Notes under the pieces: model-generated
Database searches by the model: none
What the model saw: the letters and a program-made list of their open reading frames with translations, nothing else
What the model was told of the DNA's origin: nothing
From: Nitrososphaerota archaeon
Lineage (GTDB): Archaea; Thermoproteota; Nitrososphaeria_A; Caldarchaeales; Calditenuaceae
DNA: 64,000 nucleotides
NCBI GenBank assembly: GCA_041641295.1
Contig: JBEPYO010000001.1
Coordinates: 1,248,001-1,312,000 of the forward strand
Direction of reading: 5' to 3'
Shown here: positions 1 through 8,668 of the stretch, one piece after another
How positions within the stretch are numbered: the stretch's first letter is position 1
How the letters are laid out: each line of letters opens with the position of its first letter
Position numbers and translations under genes: made by a program

Positions 1-172
1 ATCACCATACGAGGATAGACACCCCTACGAGGCCGAGGTCATCATAAAAGTTAATGGAAACACTGTTGTCGGGAGGGGGATTGGCAAGACGAGTGGACAC
101 ACAATACTAAACGCGGTATCTAATGCAGTTAATCAATACTTGCTAACCCAGTCGCGGGGGGTGGGGAGATGA
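1..172 (+). CDS. 3' end of an upstream gene, probably the C-terminal regulatory domain of a LeuA/CimA-family synthase (partial)
   Basis: Open frame from base 2 reads ...YEAEVIIKVNGNTVVGRGIGKTSGHTILNAVSNAVNQYL...; its TGA overlaps the ilvB ATG (ATGA). The pattern and BCAA operon context fit the LeuA dimer domain. Confidence 0.5.
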   Translation, partial: SPYEDRHPYEAEVIIKVNGNTVVGRGIGKTSGHTILNAVSNAVNQYLLTQSRGVGR

Positions 173-1902
173 AGGCCAGCGACGCCTTAGTCAAGAAGAT
201 GGAGGAGCTGGGCGTTGAGATAGTCTTCGGCATCCCGGGCGGCGCTAACCTGCCACTATACGACTCCCTTTACGACTCAGATATCAGGAGCGTGCTCGTG
301 AAGCATGAGCAGCAAGCCGCCCATGCCGCTGAGGGTTATGCCCGCGTCAAAAAGAGGCCCGGAATAGCCCTAGCCACCTCCGGCCCAGGGGCGACGAACT
401 TGATAACAGGCATCGTGAACGCCTCGATGGATAGCGCACCCCTAGTAGCCATCACGGGCCAGGTAGTCAGGTCCTTTATGGGTACAGACGCCTTCCAAGA
501 GGCAGACATAGTCGGCATGGTACTCCCCCACGTAAAATACGCCACAGTTGTCGTCGATTCGTCGAGGCTCGTGAAAGAATTTGTCAATGCCTACCGGTGC
601 GCCATAAGTGGGCGGCCTGGGCCAGCTCTGATAGATATTCCCAGGGATGTTCAACAAGAGGACGTGGGAGATTACGAGCAGCTCGACGACTCTGTCGAGG
701 AGAGATTCATCAAACCTGCCCCACAGCCCGATGACGGCCAGTTTAGGAGAGCTGCTGAGCTCTTGGCAGCCGCTCAGCGTGTATGCATATTGCTGGGTGG
801 TGGGACGTACTTCAGTGATGCCACAAGAGAGGCTCTGAAACTCTCTGAGCTTCTCAACGCCGCCGTGATCGCCACCACACCGGGGAAAACAGCCCTCATC
901 GAAGACCATCCAAACGTCCTAGGGGTGGTTGGAATGCATGGACGCTTCGAGTCTAATCTCGCTGTCATAGACGCTGACGTCATATTGTGTGTCGGTACTA
1001 GGCTCTCAGACAGGGCCATCGGCCCGCCAACAGAATTCAGGAAGGGCAGAAAAATCATCCACATAGACATTGACGGCAGCGAGATTGGGAAGAATGTTGT
1101 CCCCGACGTAGGTATTGTCTGCGACGCCAAAGTAGCCCTAATGAAGATACTGGAAAACCTCTCAGCGCAAGACATCAAGCCTAAGGATCCGGGATGGGTC
1201 TTGGGCCTCAAGGAGATTGGCCGCAGTTTTGACGATTACATGTTTAACCAAGCTGATGGGAGCAGGCTATCGTCTTGGAAGGTTGTCAAGACTATTAGAG
1301 ACGAGCTGCCTAGGAATGCCATAGTGACTACAGGGGTGGGGCAGCATCAGATGTGGTCACAGCTCTTCTTCAAAGTTTTAGAGCCCGGTACCTTCATCAC
1401 GAGCGCGGGATTGGGTACCATGGGCTTCGGCCTTCCAGCAGCTATGGGTGCCAAGGCTGCAGCCCCAGACAGGATAGTCCTCAACATGGATGGGGATGGT
1501 AGCTTCCTGATGACTTGCCAGACTCTCGGAACCATCGTCGAATACGACCTCCCCGTTATCACGGTGATCTTCGACAACCGCTCGCTAGGCATGGTGAGGC
1601 AGTGGCAGGACCTCTTCTACAAGAAGAGGTTCAAGGATGTTGACATCGAGGATAGGACAAACCTAGTCAAGCTCTCTGAGGCCTTCGGGGTTGAGGGTGT
1701 CTTCGTTGAGAGCTATGAGGAGTTGAGGACCGCGCTTAGGAGGGCCATCAGAAACAATGAGGCCCTAGTCATAGACGTGCCTATCGACAAGGACGAGAAA
1801 GTATTCCCAATGGTGCCGCCCGGAAAGTGGCTTGCGGACGTCATCCTCCCACCGGGGTTCAGCTCCTATGTCGAGGAGAAAACTACTAGTCCGGCTAAAT
1901 AA
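169..1902 (+). CDS. ilvB: Acetolactate synthase large (catalytic) subunit
   Basis: FGIPGG, HEQ, TSGPGATN and FQEAD motifs; ThDP motif GDGSF...N; GMVRQWQ; lies upstream of ilvC. Confidence 0.95.
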   Translation: MKASDALVKKMEELGVEIVFGIPGGANLPLYDSLYDSDIRSVLVKHEQQAAHAAEGYARVKKRPGIALATSGPGATNLITGIVNASMDSAPLVAITGQVVRSFMGTDAFQEADIVGMVLPHVKYATVVVDSSRLVKEFVNAYRCAISGRPGPALIDIPRDVQQEDVGDYEQLDDSVEERFIKPAPQPDDGQFRRAAELLAAAQRVCILLGGGTYFSDATREALKLSELLNAAVIATTPGKTALIEDHPNVLGVVGMHGRFESNLAVIDADVILCVGTRLSDRAIGPPTEFRKGRKIIHIDIDGSEIGKNVVPDVGIVCDAKVALMKILENLSAQDIKPKDPGWVLGLKEIGRSFDDYMFNQADGSRLSSWKVVKTIRDELPRNAIVTTGVGQHQMWSQLFFKVLEPGTFITSAGLGTMGFGLPAAMGAKAAAPDRIVLNMDGDGSFLMTCQTLGTIVEYDLPVITVIFDNRSLGMVRQWQDLFYKKRFKDVDIEDRTNLVKLSEAFGVEGVFVESYEELRTALRRAIRNNEALVIDVPIDKDEKVFPMVPPGKWLADVILPPGFSSYVEEKTTSPAK

Positions 1903-2098
1903 CTCCTACGAGGCTGTCCTGAAGCTCTTGCTCTTCGCAAAGCAAGGGCGGCTAGTGTTAAGCGAGTTTCATCTAAAATCTGACGACGGCGAACTATCGG
2001 CCGAGCTGGTTGTGGAGGGGCCGCCAGAGAAGATCGACTGGTTCGCGAAAAAGGCCAGCGGCTCACCCCTAGTCATAGAGTGTAAAAGTCTCGAGTAG
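1868..2098 (+). CDS. Small ACT-like protein, putative acetolactate synthase small subunit (IlvM-like)
   Basis: 76 aa from ATG 1868 with an alternating beta/alpha ferredoxin-like pattern; overlaps the 3' end of ilvB. Confidence 0.6.
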   Translation: MSRRKLLVRLNNSYEAVLKLLLFAKQGRLVLSEFHLKSDDGELSAELVVEGPPEKIDWFAKKASGSPLVIECKSLE

Positions 2099-2106
2099 CA
2101 GGCGGT

Positions 2107-2379
2107 ATGTCTGGAGGGCTTGTTGTTAGGCTCTTATTCAAAGGGTTGGGGAACGCGATTTCTGCTGCGCGGCTAGTCGGAGAGTTGGAGGGCGTGGAGG
2201 TTAGAGCTATATACATCGGGCGTGAAAGTGTTGAAGAAATGTACGAGGTGGTGTTAGAATTGTCAGCGAGCTCGCAAGTGGTCAACGAATTCTTAAGAAC
2301 CGTGTCATCGAGTAACGGCTTCATAGAGGCTTGTGTTGAGGACTTGGACGCCCGGATCATATGGGAGGGGATCAGGTGA
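2107..2379 (+). CDS. Second small ACT-like protein in the ilv operon
   Basis: 90 aa with an ACT-like pattern; fills the gap to ilvC, with short spacing on both sides. Confidence 0.55.
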   Translation: MSGGLVVRLLFKGLGNAISAARLVGELEGVEVRAIYIGRESVEEMYEVVLELSASSQVVNEFLRTVSSSNGFIEACVEDLDARIIWEGIR

Positions 2380-2385
2380 AGAGTC

Positions 2386-3366
2386 ATGGCTAGGGTCTAC
2401 TACGACTCCGACGCCTCTCTCAACCCTCTCAGTGGAAAGCGGGTTGCAGTGATCGGTTATGGAAGCCAAGGCAGGGCTCAAGCCCTAAACATCAGGGACT
2501 CCGGGATAGAGACTGTTATCGGACTGAGAGGGGAGGGCAAGTCGTATGAGGCGGCGGTCAAGGATGGGTTCACTCCTATTCCGATAGAAGAGGCTGTCCG
2601 GATATCCGATGTTATCTTGATGCTAATCCCCGACGTGCCCATGCCCGAGACATATAAGAATTATGTCGAAAACAGCCTGACACCCGGCAAGACACTTGTC
2701 TTCGCCCACGGATACAATATACACTATAAGAGAATCATTCCTCCGCCCTACGTAAACGTGGTCCTTGTAGCACCTAAGGGCCCCGGCCCGCTCGTGCGGC
2801 AGAAATACCTCGAGGGGCGCGGAGTCCCCAGCCTCATAGCAGTCCACCAAAACCCCACAGGCAACGCGAAGGAGATCGCCCTAGCGATTGCCAAGGCGAT
2901 TGGCGCAACTAGGGCAGGGGTCATAGAAACGACATTCCAGGAGGAGACCGAGACTGACCTTCTCGGGGAGCAGGCAGTTCTGGTCGGCGGAGTCATGGAA
3001 CTCATCAAGAAGGGGTTTGAATTCTTGGTCGAGAACGGATATCAGCCCGAACTCGCCTACTATGAAGTCTGCAACGAGCTAAAACTCATAGTGGACCTGA
3101 TATACTCGGGAGGTCTGATGCACATGCTCCGCTCCGTCTCCGACACTGCCAAGTTTGGCGGCCTAACAATCGGCCCCCAGATAATCGACGAGACCGTGAA
3201 ACAGAAGATGCAGGAGGCTTTGAGGAGGATAAAGTCTGGCGAGTTCGAGAAGATGTGGACCGGAAACCCCAACGCATACAAGATCCTGGAAGAATTGATG
3301 AGGAAGACGGAGCAGCACCCGCTCGAGGTCGTGGGAAAGAGACTCAGGGAAATGGCACTAATATAG
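2386..3366 (+). CDS. ilvC: Ketol-acid reductoisomerase
   Basis: IGYGSQG, APKGPG and ETETDLLGEQAVL motifs; GGTGA ribosome-binding site upstream. Confidence 0.97.
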   Translation: MARVYYDSDASLNPLSGKRVAVIGYGSQGRAQALNIRDSGIETVIGLRGEGKSYEAAVKDGFTPIPIEEAVRISDVILMLIPDVPMPETYKNYVENSLTPGKTLVFAHGYNIHYKRIIPPPYVNVVLVAPKGPGPLVRQKYLEGRGVPSLIAVHQNPTGNAKEIALAIAKAIGATRAGVIETTFQEETETDLLGEQAVLVGGVMELIKKGFEFLVENGYQPELAYYEVCNELKLIVDLIYSGGLMHMLRSVSDTAKFGGLTIGPQIIDETVKQKMQEALRRIKSGEFEKMWTGNPNAYKILEELMRKTEQHPLEVVGKRLREMALI

Positions 3367-3394
3367 CAACTACACAAGTGCATCGCAGTGTTAA

Positions 3395-3519
3395 GAAGCG
3401 CCGCCAATTCAACCCTCCCAGCATTTCTGCGACATCGTTTGAAGTGAAGGTGTTTGGTCCGAAGATCCTGTATAGTCTAGCGTATAGTCTTCCGAGTTTC
3501 TCGGGAGCCGCTCGGTCAC
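3395..3519 (-). pseudogene. Frameshifted remnant of a winged-HTH/antitoxin-like gene
   Basis: GTG 3519 reads MTERLP; a one-base shift continues EKLGRLYARLYRIFGPNTFTSNDVAEMLG, then similarity is lost. Confidence 0.4.
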
Positions 3520-3552
3520 TCGTTACAAATATTGTGACGCCTGTATAGGGAT

Positions 3553-3759
3553 CTATTCTAGGACCTTCTCCACTCTGCCCAGAATCTTTGCCTTACCACC
3601 TGTAGGCAGGGCTAATGGCTCCCCACACACGTTGCAGACAACCCTGATCTTTGCCGTATCGGGGAAGATCTGCTTGTTGCCGCACTGGAGGCATGTGACT
3701 AGGAGGAAGCGGCTCCTAGGCCTCGGGATTAGGCGCTCAATGATCTGCTCTCTCGACAA
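3553..3759 (-). CDS. rps27e: 30S ribosomal protein S27e
   Basis: IPRPRSRFLLVTCLQCGN...CNVCG...PTGGKAKI. Confidence 0.97.
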   Translation of the reverse strand: MSREQIIERLIPRPRSRFLLVTCLQCGNKQIFPDTAKIRVVCNVCGEPLALPTGGKAKILGRVEKVLE

Positions 3760-3769
3760 GCCTGATCAG

Positions 3770-4048
3770 TCACCTCACTATCTCGAGTTTTCTCAGCCTT
3801 ACTCCTTCCCTCATAGACTTTCTACCACACTTGGAGCACGTCAAGACTAGGGTCTTCTTATCCGTCGTCTTGGCCTTATTCCTCTGAATCGGATACTTCT
3901 GGCCACCATATCCTCTCAGCTCCCTCTCATGCCTCCTCGCACCTATGGCTAGGCCCCTCTCCTTACCCTTCTTATAGAGGGCTACTTGGTGCTCGGTATG
4001 CTGGTTGCATTTGGGGCAGTAGCTGTTAAGCTTCGGCGGAACCTTCAT
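3770..4048 (-). CDS. rpl44e: 50S ribosomal protein L44e
   Basis: YCPKCNQHTEH, GYGGQKYP, AKTT and CSKCG motifs. Confidence 0.97.
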   Translation of the reverse strand: MKVPPKLNSYCPKCNQHTEHQVALYKKGKERGLAIGARRHERELRGYGGQKYPIQRNKAKTTDKKTLVLTCSKCGRKSMREGVRLRKLEIVR

Positions 4049-4204
4049 GCTAAAAGAGATGTGGAGGGGGCTGGTTTTTTAATATTATGCGGGTGGAGCG
4101 ACGGGGGTCTGGTTTTCCCCCGATCAAGGTTCTACGGATTGTTTCTACTACACGTTTTAACGCTTTTAAGTACGGTGGGGTTCTAGGCATGTAGTGGCGG
4201 CTGG

Positions 4205-5308
4205 TTGAGGAGGGTCGGGAGGACGGAGCTGCTGCTGGTTGAGGGCGGCGTCCCCCACTACCGGGAGATGGTAGTGCTGGGGAGGGAGATCTCCCGGCTC
4301 ATCGTGGAGGAGTATGGCCCAGATTTCTTGGTGGAGAGGCTCTCAGACCCTTTTTGGCTCAGCTGCCTCTCCTGCGTCCTCGGCTTCGAATGGAATACGT
4401 CTGGCCAGACTACCGTCACACTCAGGGCTTTAAAGGATGCCCTCAGAGAAGGTGAGCTGGGGGTCGTCGTGGTTGGCGGTAAAGGTGGGGCGATGAGGGA
4501 GACGCCCCACGAGCTTAGTGAATACCTGAAGCGAATTGGGAGAGAGGATCTTGTCCCCCAGCTGGTGAAGGCGTCGATGATGAGCTGTAAAGTCGACAAC
4601 AACGCTATCCAAGACACCTACAATATTTATTTCCACTCTATAGCGGTCTCGGACTCCGGCTCCTCAGCCATAATCAATCAAGGAATGAACATTGAAGCAC
4701 AGACGGCTAGGAGGTATCAGTGGCTAGGCTCGAGCATTAGGGTCGAGGAGCCCCACACCTCCATTTCCTCCGAAGTGGTGGAAGAGGTTGTCCTAGACCT
4801 GACAAGTAGGGAGTCGAGAGAGTGTAGGGATTGTATCCTCGACGTTTTGAGGGACTCCCCAATCGGGACGATACAATCAGACTTCGCAAGGGTGAGGAGC
4901 ATCCTAGCCGGGCAGGCTACGCTTGATGAGCGGCCTTCTAGTGATGCTTGGTCTAAGAACGCCCACTTAAAGCCTCCCAAAAAGCTGGACGAAGCAATCC
5001 TGCGTAAGGCTAAAGAGAATGCTGAAAGCTTCGAATCTCTCCTACTCTGCGAAGGGGTAGGACCGGCGACGCTCCGAGGGTTAGCCTATATCTCGGAGCT
5101 GGTTTATGGTGCTCGGGCTTCTTGGAAAGACCCTGCAAGATATGCCTACGCCTTCGGGACTAAATCGGGCCGACCATACCCCGTTGATAAACGCGCCATG
5201 GTCAAGGCGGCAGAGACCATAAGACAGGCCCTAGAATCCAAGGACTCAAGCGCCTCGCGGATCATGTTAAGGCGGCTCGGCACACTGCTTGGTAGATTGG
5301 AGGTGTAG
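4205..5308 (+). CDS. DUF763-family protein
   Basis: RLSDPFW...VLGFEWNTSGQTT, GGKG, KVDNNAIQD, QGMN...ARRY, GVGPATLRGL and AFGTKSGRPYPVD motifs. Confidence 0.85.
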   Translation: MRRVGRTELLLVEGGVPHYREMVVLGREISRLIVEEYGPDFLVERLSDPFWLSCLSCVLGFEWNTSGQTTVTLRALKDALREGELGVVVVGGKGGAMRETPHELSEYLKRIGREDLVPQLVKASMMSCKVDNNAIQDTYNIYFHSIAVSDSGSSAIINQGMNIEAQTARRYQWLGSSIRVEEPHTSISSEVVEEVVLDLTSRESRECRDCILDVLRDSPIGTIQSDFARVRSILAGQATLDERPSSDAWSKNAHLKPPKKLDEAILRKAKENAESFESLLLCEGVGPATLRGLAYISELVYGARASWKDPARYAYAFGTKSGRPYPVDKRAMVKAAETIRQALESKDSSASRIMLRRLGTLLGRLEV

Positions 5309-5314
5309 TTTGGA

Positions 5315-5890
5315 TTGTCTGGGAAGACAATATATGATGAGGTTGTTGAGATCTGGAGTCTTGAGAGGACTTCGAAGAGTCTGGTCAAGATCTCTGAGGA
5401 TTGGATAAAGAGGCTTAAAGAGTATGCAGAGGAGCTCAAGGTCCGTCTGAGGCTGGCGGTAGACCGCGATAGCATACATTCAAGACTCTGCGAGAGGGAG
5501 TTGGAAGTGCTCTCAACACTTGTCTCAGATATCTTTAATGTTCGGCTGGAGAAGATCGTGAGGGCCGCCATAAGAGGGGAGGCTGTTGAAAATCTCCTCC
5601 CCGCCGAGAGCAGGCTCTATGAAAGCCTCCTCAAATCCCTAACAGTCTACAGGGAATATATCGAGTACTGTTCCGAGACACTTGACCTCACGAGGGAGCT
5701 TACAGAGGCCGTCGACAAGGTTGTGGTAGAGTTTTTGAAGGATGCGCCAGCAATAGTCGACGCTGATGGGGTTACGAGGGGCCCGTTCCGTGAGGGTTCC
5801 ATCGCGTCGCTGGATCACCGAACCGCAGACCTCCTAGAGAGGGGCGGCTATGTTAGACGACTCCCACTCATTAGGGGCGCGTCTCCCTAG
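5315..5890 (+). CDS. GINS complex subunit Gins51 (Gins15)
   Basis: Helical A domain (RLEKIV...LLPAE) followed by B domain VEFLKDAPAIVDADG..RGPF..G.IASL...A..L...G. Confidence 0.85.
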   Translation: MSGKTIYDEVVEIWSLERTSKSLVKISEDWIKRLKEYAEELKVRLRLAVDRDSIHSRLCERELEVLSTLVSDIFNVRLEKIVRAAIRGEAVENLLPAESRLYESLLKSLTVYREYIEYCSETLDLTRELTEAVDKVVVEFLKDAPAIVDADGVTRGPFREGSIASLDHRTADLLERGGYVRRLPLIRGASP

Positions 5891-5948
5891 GCATGGGCGG
5901 AATCACGTATTTGTATTAGGGTCAGTTAGGCATTCTTAGGACCAGGAA

Positions 5949-7040
5949 ATGCAGGGAGACGTGGATCGGGAAGTTCGGCTGATCGAGGAGTTCGGCCTAA
6001 GAAGTATAACTGGACAGGAGTTAGGGATTGATCACTATTTTGCAAGGAGGGGCATTATCTTCGCGTGCAGAGGATATGAGGAGTTGATGGAGGCGCTCAA
6101 GAGCGGCGACTTCTACACGCTTACTGGGATCATGCCCTCCTCGGAGCGGATACATCTAGGCACAATGGCTGTGGTGGAGGCGGTGAAGTGCTTCTCCGAC
6201 AGGGCAAAGCAAACCATCCTGCTGGTCGCAGATCTGGAGTCCCTAGCCACTAGGGAGGTGAGCTTAGAAGAGGCTAGAAGGATAGCCTTTGAATTCCACA
6301 TACCCACCTATTTGGCTTTAGGGATAGATCCCGGGAAGTGCGTCTTCTACTTCCAGTCAGAGAACAAGGACATCCACAAGATAGCTGCCGACGCCTCGAG
6401 AGAGATTACACTCCAAGAATTCAGGGCCGTTTATGGCGTGCTAGAACCCTCCCGCATAATATCGTCCCTCTACCAGATAGGTGACATCCTATTCCCCCAA
6501 CTAGTAAGGCCTATGATAGGCATAATCCCGGTAGGACTGGACCAGGACCCACACATCAGACTCTGCCGAGACTATGTTAGACGCTCAAAGTTCTTCCAGT
6601 TTAAGCAGGCCGTCGGCGTATACATCAGGGATGTTCCCAGCCTGAAGGGTGAGGGGAAAATGAGTAAGAGTGAGCCCCACGCCGCAATCTTCCTCCCAGA
6701 AGACGACTACAAGGAATTGAAAAGAAAGGTCTACAAGGCCTTCTCAGGCGGAGCCAACACGCTTGAGGAGCAGAGAAAATATGGTGCAGACCTAGAGAAG
6801 GACGTACCATACAAAATCCTGCAATTCATCCTAAAGGATGACTCTGAACTCCGACGCATAGCTGAGAGCTACTCAACCGGCAAAATGATAAGCGGCGAAA
6901 TCAAGGAGTACCTATACGAAAGGCTCGTCGAACTGATGCAGGACCTCAAAGCCAAAATCGAGCAACACAGGGAGACGATTAGACGGAGAGAGATTAGAAT
7001 AATAAGCTCGGCTAAAGAGCTTGCGGAATACCTCGCATAG
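5949..7040 (+). CDS. trpS: Tryptophan--tRNA ligase
   Basis: TGIMPS..IHLG, PVGLDQDPH, KMSKS and AFSGG...EEQRKYG motifs. Confidence 0.95.
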   Translation: MQGDVDREVRLIEEFGLRSITGQELGIDHYFARRGIIFACRGYEELMEALKSGDFYTLTGIMPSSERIHLGTMAVVEAVKCFSDRAKQTILLVADLESLATREVSLEEARRIAFEFHIPTYLALGIDPGKCVFYFQSENKDIHKIAADASREITLQEFRAVYGVLEPSRIISSLYQIGDILFPQLVRPMIGIIPVGLDQDPHIRLCRDYVRRSKFFQFKQAVGVYIRDVPSLKGEGKMSKSEPHAAIFLPEDDYKELKRKVYKAFSGGANTLEEQRKYGADLEKDVPYKILQFILKDDSELRRIAESYSTGKMISGEIKEYLYERLVELMQDLKAKIEQHRETIRRREIRIISSAKELAEYLA

Positions 7041-7070
7041 GCAGGAAGGAATACGTTTTCGGTCAGAAAG

Positions 7071-7079
7071 CCTTTAATT
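7071..7079 (+). promoter_or_regulatory. TATA box of the SRP RNA gene
   Basis: CCTTTAATT preceded by purine-rich AGAAAG (BRE-like), about 26 nt upstream of the RNA 5' end. Confidence 0.6.
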
Positions 7080-7104
7080 CCCAGCCGGGCAACTATGTTT
7101 TTTC

Positions 7105-7427
7105 GGGGTGGCGGGTAGGGCCGGGGGGCTAGCCCTCCCCTACAACCTGAAACGGGCTTACGCAGGGGCCAGTAACCGGCTGGAAGGGGTGTCCGGTCCT
7201 CTGCTCGGCCTAGACGAGGAGGCATGAAGCCGCGTCCCACCGGAGAACGGTAGGGTGCGGCGCCACGCGTAGGCGTGGCCTCCCACACCCGCATGCACCG
7301 AACCGCGTCAGGCCCGGGAGGGAGCAGCGCTAAGGTGCAGCCGGGCTGCTGGTGGGGGTGCGTGGCTAACTGAATCGTCTAGGAGCGGCAGAGGCATCGG
7401 CCCTCGACCAGCTGGAGCCGCCACCCC
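7105..7427 (+). ncRNA. ffs: Archaeal signal recognition particle (7S) RNA
   Basis: Terminal helix GGGGTGGCGG/CCGCCACCCC; helix 6 GCCACGC-GTAG-GCGTGGC (7262-7279); helix 8 GCGTCAGGCCCGGGAGGGAGCAGCGC (7305-7330); GC-rich, about 320 nt. Confidence 0.95.
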
Positions 7428-7476
7428 TCTCTAATGTAGAGTTTTAATATCGAGCACACTAATTCGTGGGATAGAC

Positions 7477-7944
7477 ATGTCTAGTGAGGGGGGTGGCTCT
7501 TTAGAGGAGGAGTTGAAGCGGCTTAGGGAGGAGAACCTTTACCTCAAGGCCGAGATCGAGAACCTCAAGAAGCTGATGGCTAAGGAAGTGGAGACCGCCA
7601 GCCGCGCAGTGGCCGAGAGACTCCTATTGAACATGATCCTGATATACGAGGAAGTCGAGAGAGTGTTTACAAGCCTCCTCAACAACTCGGACATGAAACA
7701 AGTCGCGGAGGGAATCGGCATTCTCTTGAAAGAGATAAGGAAGCTATTGGCCGAGCAAGGTGTCAATCCGTTAGAGACTATAGGGAAGAAGTTTGACCCA
7801 TTCATCCACGAGGCGGTCGGCTTCGTCGAGAGAGATGACGTCGAGGACGAAACGATAGTCGCGGAGATTAGCAGGGGGTATGAATATGTGGGTAAGATTC
7901 TGAAACCCCCCAGAGTAATAGTGGCTAGAAGGAGCCAGTCCTAA
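7477..7944 (+). CDS. grpE: Nucleotide exchange factor GrpE
   Basis: N-terminal coiled coil, G..FDPFIHEAV and RGYEYVGKILKPPRVIV. Confidence 0.9.
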   Translation: MSSEGGGSLEEELKRLREENLYLKAEIENLKKLMAKEVETASRAVAERLLLNMILIYEEVERVFTSLLNNSDMKQVAEGIGILLKEIRKLLAEQGVNPLETIGKKFDPFIHEAVGFVERDDVEDETIVAEISRGYEYVGKILKPPRVIVARRSQS

Positions 7945-7995
7945 TGCCCAGACCATGGGTATATGCATAGGTTTAATCCGCACCCCCTCTTAACT

Positions 7996-8661
7996 ATGAA
8001 CGGAGAGGGAGTGACGCGGGAGAGGTGGCTCGCGGAGAGGCGTGCCGATCCTTGGATCAGGATGGCTAAGAAGGAGGGATACCCCTCTAGGGCGGCATAT
8101 AAGCTCAAACACATCCAGAGACTATACTCAATCATAAGCCCTGGAGATGTTGTAGTCGAGCTTGGGGCTGCGCCGGGCGGCATGTTGAAGGTAGCTTCCG
8201 AGCTTGTGGGTGAGGATGGGCTGGCTGTGGGTGTTGACATTAAGCCGATACACTGCACTGGCGATAACATCCGGCATCTGAGAATCGACATCTACGATCC
8301 TTCAGCGCCGAAGGAGATATTGAAACTTTTAGGGCATGTTGGATGTGATGTGCTTATCTCCGACGCCTCCCCAAACCTGATTGGTATCGCCGAGATAGAT
8401 ACGATGAGGCAGCTTGACCTAGTTATAAGGTGCTGCGAGATTGCAGACGAGGTCCTGAAAGATAATGGAAACATCATGCTCAAGGCCTTCGAGTGTCCAG
8501 AACTTACGCGGGTCGACAGAGTTCTCCGCAGCTGCTTTAACAACTACAAGAGAGTTACGACGCCGCCAAGTCTGAGAAAGCACAGCTCGGAGGTCTATCT
8601 AGTCGGCATCGGTAGATGGAGGGCACCCATTGCTCCGCTGTTAAAGACAGCTCTTGGTTAA
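7996..8661 (+). CDS. rlmE: 23S rRNA Um2552-type 2'-O-methyltransferase (RlmE/FtsJ)
   Basis: YPSRAAYKL, ELGAAPGG, SDASP, LKAF and SSEVY motifs; start placed at ATG 7996, downstream of TTTAAT. Confidence 0.92.
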   Translation: MNGEGVTRERWLAERRADPWIRMAKKEGYPSRAAYKLKHIQRLYSIISPGDVVVELGAAPGGMLKVASELVGEDGLAVGVDIKPIHCTGDNIRHLRIDIYDPSAPKEILKLLGHVGCDVLISDASPNLIGIAEIDTMRQLDLVIRCCEIADEVLKDNGNIMLKAFECPELTRVDRVLRSCFNNYKRVTTPPSLRKHSSEVYLVGIGRWRAPIAPLLKTALG

Positions 8662-8668
8662 ATGTGCC

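Noticed and set aside
4102-4122. Hairpin CGGGGG...CCCCCG in the rpl44e/DUF763 intergenic region
   Set aside because: It is a single short stem with no tRNA, C/D-box or H/ACA features; too weak to call.
6869-7294. 141-aa minus-strand ORF
   Set aside because: It is antisense to the trpS 3' end and the GC-rich SRP RNA, and has no protein motifs.
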